From a virus: a stretch of 64,000 nucleotides of DNA. Shown here piece after piece: positions 56,805-63,256 of the stretch; positions within the stretch are counted from its first letter, which is position 1, and each line of letters begins with the position of its first letter. The stretch is from positions 64,001-128,000 of the IMG/VR virus record IMGVR_UViG_3300045988_161114; one strand, given 5' to 3'. The notes under the pieces are model-generated. The model was not told the origin of the DNA, searched no databases, and worked only from the letters and a program-made list of their open reading frames with translations. Made by a program: the position numbers and the translations under genes.

Positions 56805-58164
56805 TTAAGAGCTCCTGAATTGCTGGATCTACATATCCATTGCCGCTTGATGCTCCGACACTTTTTAATATCATTTCAATCTTAGATGACAGTGAAGCCA
56901 TTTCTGATGTCATACCACTTTGAATAGTGTCAACTGCTACTTTTGCTGCATCTTTTCTAGTTGCCATCAGCGTTTCTAATATTTTAAGGCGATTCTTTTT
57001 AATGCGTTCTTTTATATTAAAATACTTAGATACGTCTTCTTTTATTATTTGTCCACCATTTGCATCAAAACCATAGAAATCTTCTTGAGACATATTTTGA
57101 TCTTGAAGAGCTAACATAAGTGTTGCTCTCCTTTCATACAGATCAAGTTCAGACAATTCAGATATCAGATGCATTTCAGTTATTCTACTAGGATCAGCAT
57201 TGAATTCGTCTAGATATCCTTCTATTGATTGTCTTAGATATGTTTGTTCATATATACATTGTGATCCTATTGGGGCTTTATTAATCTTATTAAGTTCACA
57301 GTTGTGAACTAAGATACCATTTGCAAAGAAATTAGAATTCAGATTCACAGTTATGTCGTATACATCTTCTATTCCTGAATATTCGATACTCACTATTTCA
57401 GATTCTAGAAGATCTCCATATTGATTTACATTTTCAATATTTGTTTCTAATTCCTCATTGTAAAATAAATCAGTTACTAAAACCTTATGTCCTACTTCTA
57501 AACCATCATCAATAGAGATATATGAATATACATCTCCGTTAAAAGCATAGAATAAATGATTTGTTGTAACTTTTAAAGAATGACCGTGTTCAGTAACAAC
57601 AGTGTAGACTTCTTGTCTACCTGTTGGTATAACTGATCCTATAACTATATCACTACGGATTTCTTGTGTTTTAGTATCAAAGCTATATATTTTATCTTTG
57701 TCTACTATATCGGTTATCTTTTTAGCTATTCCATATCTCATAGATACTAGTGTATCACCAGTTACACATGTTTCAGCAAATGGACATTTAGAACCTCTAC
57801 ATATCATTGGTGCTGCTGCTGTTACACCTCCAGAAGTCATTTTAGCAATACTTTTATTAAGATTCTTTGCTTCATCTTCTGTTAATGCAATATGTTTATA
57901 TTGATCTTCATCAATATCAAATGCTCTTAAGTAATTTGTTTTGGTTAGTTTATCACCACTAACAGCTATTGCTTGTGATGATAACAAAATTGGAATTGTT
58001 TTACTAGTATCACTACCAGAGGATATGGATTTCATTTTATCTTCTAAAACAGATTCTACAACTGTTTTACTTTTATTAGAATTTGTCAGTTGTTCTGACA
58101 AATTGAATACAGTATCTAGTTCCGATTTAGGAATTCCTTTACCATAATTGAATTCATTATTCAT
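56776..58164 (-). CDS. putative DNA-packaging (small-terminase-like) protein with a Cys4 cluster, interrupted by a mini-intein (462 aa precursor, 306 aa spliced)
   Basis: First gene of the leftward operon and upstream of terL. The spliced extein would read ...MICRGSKCPFAET|CELNKINKAPIGSQCIYEQ..., a 4-Cys cluster. The small-terminase assignment rests on position and is unverified. Confidence 0.4.
   Translation of the reverse strand: MNNEFNYGKGIPKSELDTVFNLSEQLTNSNKSKTVVESVLEDKMKSISSGSDTSKTIPILLSSQAIAVSGDKLTKTNYLRAFDIDEDQYKHIALTEDEAKNLNKSIAKMTSGGVTAAAPMICRGSKCPFAETCVTGDTLVSMRYGIAKKITDIVDKDKIYSFDTKTQEIRSDIVIGSVIPTGRQEVYTVVTEHGHSLKVTTNHLFYAFNGDVYSYISIDDGLEVGHKVLVTDLFYNEELETNIENVNQYGDLLESEIVSIEYSGIEDVYDITVNLNSNFFANGILVHNCELNKINKAPIGSQCIYEQTYLRQSIEGYLDEFNADPSRITEMHLISELSELDLYERRATLMLALQDQNMSQEDFYGFDANGGQIIKEDVSKYFNIKERIKKNRLKILETLMATRKDAAKVAVDTIQSGMTSEMASLSSKIEMILKSVGASSGNGYVDPAIQELLNAKKKEQEK
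57301..57768 (-). mobile_element. mini-intein (156 aa, no homing-endonuclease domain)
   Basis: Block A is CVTGDTLVSM (C133, TGT at 57766-57768). Block B is LKVTTNHLFY (TxxH). Blocks F/G are DITVNLNSNFFANGILVHN, followed by the +1 Cys (HN at 57301-57306, TGT at 57298-57300). All boundaries were verified on the DNA. Confidence 0.85.
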
Positions 58165-58383
58165 ATTTTTTCCTATTGTTAAATATCTTATAATCTTTTA
58201 GAAATGTTATTAAAATAACTAATAATAAATAAAAAGCTGTAAATGATATAAGTAAGTCTCGTTATTTAATAAGACATTCCATTTAAGCTTATAATCTTTT
58301 TAATATAGTATACAATATTTATATTTTTTAAACAATATATTTATTTATATTTTTTAATATGATCCCATATTTTCTTGTAGTGT

Positions 58384-58392
58384 ATTATAACA
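58384..58392 (-). promoter_or_regulatory. extended -10 promoter element (TGtTATAAT) for the leftward packaging/structural operon
   Basis: The minus strand reads TGTTATAAT at 58392-58384. It lies ~220 nt upstream of the ATG at 58164, and an extremely AT-rich leader follows. Confidence 0.45.
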
Positions 58393-58415
58393 CTGCGTTC
58401 TTGTGGAACGCTGTG
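58391..58415. promoter_or_regulatory. 10-bp stem-loop (one mismatch) abutting the extended -10 element
   Basis: CACTGCGTTC-ttgtg-GAACGCTGTG. On the plus strand it is followed by TTTAAAAATTT. Possibly the 3' hairpin of the upstream RNA candidate, or an operator. Confidence 0.4.
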
Positions 58416-59111
58416 TTTAAAAATTTAAAAATGTTTAGACATCTGTTGAAGAATTGTTTAAAATAGATGTATACATTTTTAATAGATACAATTAGGCCTA
58501 GCAAAGCAAGGCTTTCATCTAAAAAGATATAGCTGTATCTGCCATGTTATTCCCAGTTCCACTTTCGTAACTTCCTTTGCGATTATCAAGCAGTGATCCA
58601 AATGATCATCAGAAGTAAGCTTTTACACTTTGTCGTGTCTTAACTAACAGGATATTGATTACTCCAAGTGTCGTTATTTCGCAACACTCTGTTAAGTTCT
58701 GGTTCATTATATTTATAGTCGAGCAACTTTTATAAGTTGCTAGGTTATATCTCATTGCACTATCTATATAACCCTAAAGTTGTCTGTCTGACCATACGGC
58801 TCGATTTCGAGGATAATCCGTTATTTGCAACAGGTCATTATTTTTATACTGCCCAACTTTCATAACTCTTTATGTATTACTTTTTGTAAGGGAGCTTACA
58901 CAGGGAGAATTACGCTACTTCAACAAACAGTTTTTCGATACCTCCCTAGCTAGGCTTGCCCACATCTTGGGAGATCATTATACTTTCGCTACCGGCCTCT
59001 ACCGATTATTCTATGAGTTACTTGGTATAAGGTCAACTCTCTTTTAGTTCCGATGCCGTAGTTTATCCCGACTAGATACTAACCTCAACGAGTTAACAGA
59101 GCGAATTATAC
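58392..59111 (-). ncRNA. candidate large structured non-coding RNA (about 0.65-0.7 kb); strand tentative
   Basis: No ORF of 60 aa or more in any frame across 58165-59297. The core is ~38% G+C by hand count, against 13-18% in the flanking spacers. It holds many perfect hairpins and nested helices, plus GAAA-closed stems and G-U pairs that favour the minus strand. A candidate promoter lies at 59147-59118. Confidence 0.45.
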
Positions 59112-59117
59112 TCTCAT

Positions 59118-59147
59118 TTTATACAGTTGTGTGTTAAGGAAGTGTAA
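59118..59147 (-). promoter_or_regulatory. candidate sigma70-type promoter for the RNA candidate (TTACAC-18 nt-TATAAA)
   Basis: On the minus strand the -35 TTACAC is at 59147-59142 and the -10 TATAAA is at 59123-59118. It matches the consensus only moderately. Confidence 0.3.
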
Positions 59148-59153
59148 AAAATA

Positions 59154-59173
59154 ATGTAAAAATATTTTTACAT
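59154..59173. repeat. 20-bp perfect palindrome ATGTAAAAATATTTTTACAT with an extra upstream TGTAAAAA copy
   Basis: Its self-complementarity was verified base by base. TGTAAAAA also occurs at 59143-59150. The palindrome sits between the two divergent promoter candidates. Confidence 0.8.
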
Positions 59174-59213
59174 ATACTAAAAATAAGTGGTTGTTTTTAA
59201 ATATAAAAAAGTT

Positions 59214-59242
59214 TTGACTTTTTATAAAAACATAGGTATAAT
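59214..59242 (+). promoter_or_regulatory. near-consensus sigma70 promoter (TTGACT-17 nt-TATAAT)
   Basis: The -35 is at 59214-59219 and the -10 at 59237-59242, with an exact 17-nt spacer. It lies 56 nt upstream of the ATG at 59298. Confidence 0.8.
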
Positions 59243-59297
59243 TCAAATCTTAGTCACCACAAAGAAGATTATTATTTTTTATTTAAGGATTTAAATT

Positions 59298-60125
59298 ATG
59301 CGTTTTGGCAATACTTACGAAGACAGAATTTTCTTTCACCAACCAGAAAGACTGACATTTTACAACCTACAAAATACTTGTGCACTGTGCCGTACCGGCC
59401 GCACTATGGTAACAACCCATAAAAAATATGGTAACATTGTTGACATCTGGGGCTCAAACGATTACTGTACAGGATACCTGTCAAATGCTTTTGTAAACAT
59501 GCAAAAGAAAGACTATAACGAAAAAGTATATAAACTAGAAATATACCCTGTAGTGTACATGGTTTCAGAAGAGGAAAGAAAATCAATGGCAGGTATTGAA
59601 GAACTTGAAAACAAATATATTCTTAATTCTGCATTGATGGTTTATAGATCTGGAAAACATCCTCAATACAATGTATCGGTAGCTAAAACAGATTATAATC
59701 ATGTTAAGGTAAAAATGAATTACAACGTAATTCTAGAGCAATCACTAGATGGTGTTGTATTACCGCTACGAGAACTGATAGCAAGGATGACAGTATCAGC
59801 GATCAACTACAATAGAGCGATTAAGTTTATTCCTCATCAAGATATGATTATTGAACTGTGTATACCACAATCTGTTATGGATGAGATCAAAATGGAGCAA
59901 GACAGTGAACAAACAGACTTCGATAGTGAAGCGTTACTGATAAAACTTCTTGCGAATGTTCTTGGTTCTGATTTTGGAAGCTTCTCAAATAAATTCAATA
60001 GAGATAAATTCAAGATCAAAATAATCGATGACTCAACCGAAGTAAAAGCCGAAAATAATTTACCGGCAGTGTACAGAGAATTGATTGATGTATATCGCGG
60101 ATCATTCGTTTCAAATCCTCTATAA
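59298..60125 (+). CDS. hypothetical protein (275 aa), a lone rightward gene with its own promoter and terminator
   Basis: ATG with a GGA ribosome-binding site. The only plus-strand gene within ~63 kb of leftward genes. No family motif recognised. Confidence 0.75.
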   Translation: MRFGNTYEDRIFFHQPERLTFYNLQNTCALCRTGRTMVTTHKKYGNIVDIWGSNDYCTGYLSNAFVNMQKKDYNEKVYKLEIYPVVYMVSEEERKSMAGIEELENKYILNSALMVYRSGKHPQYNVSVAKTDYNHVKVKMNYNVILEQSLDGVVLPLRELIARMTVSAINYNRAIKFIPHQDMIIELCIPQSVMDEIKMEQDSEQTDFDSEALLIKLLANVLGSDFGSFSNKFNRDKFKIKIIDDSTEVKAENNLPAVYRELIDVYRGSFVSNPL

Positions 60126-60131
60126 AAGTAG

Positions 60132-60162
60132 AAAGCCCTAGCTTCTGTGCTAGGGCTTTTTT
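60132..60162. terminator. bidirectional rho-independent terminator
   Basis: AAAGCCCTAGC-ttctgt-GCTAGGGCTTT with flanking A- and T-runs. It sits between the convergent genes 59298-60125 (+) and 60161-60649 (-). Confidence 0.85.
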
Positions 60163-60649
60163 ATGGCTTAATCCATGTTATTTTCAATGTATTATCACCA
60201 GACTCTTCTATATACTTCAAAAGATACCCTAAGGCCTCGAACCCATCAATAGGTTCATAGAATCCTCTGGAATCAAACTTGGTACTCGCGCCTATAAGGA
60301 TAAATCTACCATAAATCTTATCTATTCCGTCTGCGGCAACTGGTAAAAAACAATGTCCAGTTCTATCTGTAGACTTAACTTTAGCCCTTAAGCATACGCC
60401 TAGTGATTCATTAAATATGAATGGATATCTCTTTCCGTTAACAGGGGATTTTTCAATGGAGATGGTATATGAACCATCTTTTATACATGATAAACCCGTA
60501 ATACCATTCGGTGAATCATTATTGTAGTCCCAAGGAGACTCAAGTGTATAGATGTAGACATCCTTACCAGAAAGATTCAGCTTAATGCGTCCATGTACGC
60601 CATACTCTCGCGCGATTGCATGGTTTTGTTTCAATCTTTCTAATATCAT
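60161..60649 (-). CDS. hypothetical protein (162 aa), possibly DUF5675-like (candidate cell-wall-active enzyme)
   Basis: YIYTLESPWDYNN...LSCIKDGSYTISIEKS recalls the T-(I/L)-E-x-P-W...S-C-I-P-x-G-x-Y core I remember for DUF5675. The second half diverges. Last gene of a cassette of membrane proteins. Confidence 0.35.
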   Translation of the reverse strand: MILERLKQNHAIAREYGVHGRIKLNLSGKDVYIYTLESPWDYNNDSPNGITGLSCIKDGSYTISIEKSPVNGKRYPFIFNESLGVCLRAKVKSTDRTGHCFLPVAADGIDKIYGRFILIGASTKFDSRGFYEPIDGFEALGYLLKYIEESGDNTLKITWIKP

Positions 60650-61038
60650 TTTTTGTCATCCATAGTATCTTCGATCTTTTCTACGGACTTCTTCATAGAT
60701 TCAAGCCTTTTATCAAACTTGTCAAGATTTTTCATCTCTCTTAATTGTAATTTGATAGAATCTAAATCACTACGAATGGCACTAAATTTACTCTTTATAT
60801 CTCTTTCGCTATACCTTCTTATAGTTTCTATATCCATCCTATTGCTAGATGACATAGATATCATATCTTTAATCATGTCTTCTGTTTCTACAATTCTTAA
60901 CTCCAATTTAGAAATGTTTTCGTTAAGAGCGTTATACTTTGTATCAACATAATAATTAGCGGATATGTTTGCAATTAAAATTACAAGAGAAGATAGCGTC
61001 AAAAATATGTGGTTACACCATATTTTTCTGCAATCCAT
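60646..61038 (-). CDS. membrane-anchored coiled-coil protein (130 aa), holin/spanin-like
   Basis: An N-terminal hydrophobic helix (IFLTLSSLVILIANI) is followed by a long charged heptad-like region. Confidence 0.4.
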   Translation of the reverse strand: MDCRKIWCNHIFLTLSSLVILIANISANYYVDTKYNALNENISKLELRIVETEDMIKDMISMSSSNRMDIETIRRYSERDIKSKFSAIRSDLDSIKLQLREMKNLDKFDKRLESMKKSVEKIEDTMDDKK

Positions 61039-61066
61039 TTAAACTCCCTAAGTTCTGAGTTATGAA

Positions 61067-61366
61067 TTAACTCTTATGTGGAAAATATATTGGTTCGTCT
61101 TGTGAAGTTTCCCTTTCAATAACAGGAGCATCTTCCTCAGCTGTTTCTTGTGATGTCTCATCGACAGCAGCTTTATACTTTTCATTCACAAATCTAGTTG
61201 CAACATTAGAGCCCAGATATGCCATAGAAATTGTGATAACAATATCTTTGTAGACAGTGCTATCAATTCTATTAATCAATAGGATGCTACTGACTAGTGC
61301 TATGACACTCAACGAAAAGACGAACTTTCTTGATAGAAAGTTTAGAGCATATTCTTTGATCGACAT
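61067..61366 (-). CDS. small membrane protein with two hydrophobic helices (99 aa), holin-like
   Basis: Helices FVFSLSVIALVSSILLI and IVITISMAYLGSNVA are followed by an acidic tail. Confidence 0.4.
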   Translation of the reverse strand: MSIKEYALNFLSRKFVFSLSVIALVSSILLINRIDSTVYKDIVITISMAYLGSNVATRFVNEKYKAAVDETSQETAEEDAPVIERETSQDEPIYFPHKS

Positions 61367-61367
61367 T

Positions 61368-61694
61368 TTATCTTTCCTTCATTAAGTATTTGATATCAGA
61401 TTCATGTCTGTCAAGAATTTTTCTCATTTCGTCCATTTCTCTTTTATAGGACTCATTTTGTACAGCAGCTTCGGATCTGGTGTACATATCATTTCGAAGT
61501 TTTTGTATATCTTGTGATAACTGTGCAACCTGATTTGCAGAGTTTTGTATATTGTTGTTGATGGAAGCTAAACTCCATGTACTATATACGACAAAGCACA
61601 TCATCGACCAAAAGGTAGCAATACCAATTGTTTTAGGAATTGTCACTCCAAAAACAACATAGCCGTTGTTGTTGCTTTCTTTTGCTTCAGACAT
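61368..61694 (-). CDS. membrane-anchored coiled-coil protein (108 aa)
   Basis: A hydrophobic helix (IGIATFWSMMCFVVYSTWSLA) is followed by a charged coiled-coil-like tail. Confidence 0.4.
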   Translation of the reverse strand: MSEAKESNNNGYVVFGVTIPKTIGIATFWSMMCFVVYSTWSLASINNNIQNSANQVAQLSQDIQKLRNDMYTRSEAAVQNESYKREMDEMRKILDRHESDIKYLMKER

Positions 61695-61782
61695 TTAAAT
61701 CCCCTATCTTAGCATTGTGTTCAAAAATCATGCAAGGGATTTCATTTTGAAAAAGAGTGCGTTTGGGGTCGCATCAATACAA

Positions 61783-62364
61783 TCACACTTTCATGTTCAT
61801 ATTGGCTCTTTTCCAACCATACCCTCCTACACTCTCAGGTGCAGTCTTCCGATACATAGAGAATGAATCAAGTGCTGATTGCGAAGCAGCACGTGCCTTT
61901 TCGGAATTCTGAATCAAAGATTGTGAGAAGGACATTCTTGGTAGCTTGGAAACAATATCTTGCCCAGAGCTACGACTCATGATATGTGCACGTTGAAACG
62001 AATCCATATCAGAAATGATTCTTCCAGCAGCACCTCTCCTAAATCCTCTGAATGCACCAAATGCAGCACCAAGTGCAGCACCTGATTTCAAACCATCAAG
62101 AGTCTTATCAGTAACATCACCACCAGTAGCCATAGCAATAGCAGCATTCATGCCACCAATTGTAGCAGCCCCTGTAGTGATAGACCCTAAGAATCTTGAA
62201 CGAGATTCTGCTTGTGTGATAAAACCAGAGTTCTTAAATAGTTTTTCTGTTTGCGAAGCAGGGGTATTTAGAACCTTGTTCGCAATAACACTCATGGTTT
62301 CATCAGCTGTTGGTGCGCCACCTTTTTTAGCAAATGCACCAGTAAGTTTATTGAACAGACCCAT
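61783..62364 (-). CDS. glycine-zipper-rich protein (193 aa from the ATG)
   Basis: The ORF-track start at 62370 is TTG (4 nt after GGAG). The ATG at 62364 is 10 nt after GGAG, so either start is possible. Contains GAATIGGMNAAIAMATGG and GAALGAAFGAFRGF. Confidence 0.55.
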   Translation of the reverse strand: MGLFNKLTGAFAKKGGAPTADETMSVIANKVLNTPASQTEKLFKNSGFITQAESRSRFLGSITTGAATIGGMNAAIAMATGGDVTDKTLDGLKSGAALGAAFGAFRGFRRGAAGRIISDMDSFQRAHIMSRSSGQDIVSKLPRMSFSQSLIQNSEKARAASQSALDSFSMYRKTAPESVGGYGWKRANMNMKV

Positions 62365-62366
62365 AA

Positions 62367-62909
62367 TCAAATGACTCCGTTACGTTTTAAGAAGCTCTCA
62401 AATTCCGGACCTCTGTCAAAGTCCTCTTTAGGACTTGGACTCCAGCTATTTGCAGCATTTCTTGTTTGGAAATCTTTTCTGAACAAACCTTCAAATGCTT
62501 TAGCATCTCCAGGTCCAGCCCCATCAAATGCACTAGCAAAAGCTTTGTCCATGTGTTTACTTCCTCCATTCATCCCTGAACCAGCATCAAATCCGGCCAT
62601 AGCCTCTGAAACAGCTTTCTTAGCGCCAGTTGCACTGGCAGCTAAATCACTAGCAAGGTTACGGAATCCAGTTGATTTGTGAGCAGCGTAAGCAATGCCC
62701 GCGCCGGCAATCGCACCAAAGGTGCCACCACCAACTGTACCTCCAAATGCTGTAGTGTTGTCGGACAAGATGCCATTTCCTAAGCCATAGGCTGCGCCAG
62801 CAGCGGCACCAACACCGACCCCACCTGTCCATTGTGGAGCAATTTCGGATTTACCAAGGAAGTTTTGTACTCTAGCATACATACTGAAACGTTTATTGGC
62901 GATAGCCAT
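62367..62909 (-). CDS. glycine-zipper-rich protein (180 aa)
   Basis: ATG with a strong AAGGAG Shine-Dalgarno. Contains GGVGVGAAAGAAYGLGNG and GGTVGGGTFGAIAGAGIAYAA. The DNA is locally G+C-rich. Confidence 0.6.
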   Translation of the reverse strand: MAIANKRFSMYARVQNFLGKSEIAPQWTGGVGVGAAAGAAYGLGNGILSDNTTAFGGTVGGGTFGAIAGAGIAYAAHKSTGFRNLASDLAASATGAKKAVSEAMAGFDAGSGMNGGSKHMDKAFASAFDGAGPGDAKAFEGLFRKDFQTRNAANSWSPSPKEDFDRGPEFESFLKRNGVI

Positions 62910-62943
62910 AAAGTACGCTCCTTGTAAGATTGAATTAAAAATT

Positions 62944-62976
62944 TTTCTAGATCTAGAAACACTTTTATAGTGTTTC
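62944..62976. repeat. two overlapping perfect palindromes in the divergent control region
   Basis: TTTCTAGATCTAGAAA (62944-62959, 16 bp) shares GAAA with the hairpin GAAACACT-tttat-AGTGTTTC (62956-62976). A TATAAT lies at 62980-62985. Confidence 0.8.
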
Positions 62977-63023
62977 CAATATAATACTATACATATTTGT
63001 TTTTGGGTAGACCGAAAGTGCCA

Positions 63024-63051
63024 TTGGGGAAATATTTTTGATATATATAAT
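63024..63051 (+). promoter_or_regulatory. candidate rightward promoter (TTGGGG-16 nt-TATAAT)
   Basis: The -35-like element is at 63024-63029 and the -10 at 63046-63051. Confidence 0.3.
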
Positions 63052-63193
63052 TTTTGGGAGAATTTAATATTGATTTAAGGGAGAAGTGATTTATTTTGCC
63101 CCCGGGGTGATGTGAGGGAGAGAAGAAGACCGAGAGTGATAATGGATAAGCACTATAAAAATATAATTATTGAAACCTAATGTAAACACAAAA

Positions 63194-63256
63194 TACATCT
63201 GCACTTCGACTGAGCACAATATATAAAATAAGTACATCTATTGTTAGTCTGAGCAC
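63194..63256 (+). repeat. two copies of a 24-nt bipartite direct repeat TACATCT-N9-CTGAGCAC
   Basis: Copy 1 is at 63194-63217 and copy 2 at 63233-63256. The 7-nt left and 8-nt right arms are identical and the 9-nt centres differ. Copy starts are 39 nt apart. Confidence 0.75.

Noticed and set aside
58789-58811. Minus-strand GAGCCGTATGG, resembling the 5' arm of group II intron domain V
   Set aside because: There is no complementary 3' arm (ACGTACGGTTC-like) within hairpin distance, no reverse-transcriptase/maturase ORF and no flanking exon context. The bases are better explained by the local three-tier stem.
58165-59297. tRNA, tmRNA, RNase P, CRISPR array or retron in the ORF-free interval
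   Set aside because: There is no GTTCGAATC-type T-loop, no acceptor/CCA-type ends, no tag-peptide frame, no regularly spaced direct repeats and no adjacent reverse transcriptase. The only repeats are short palindromes.
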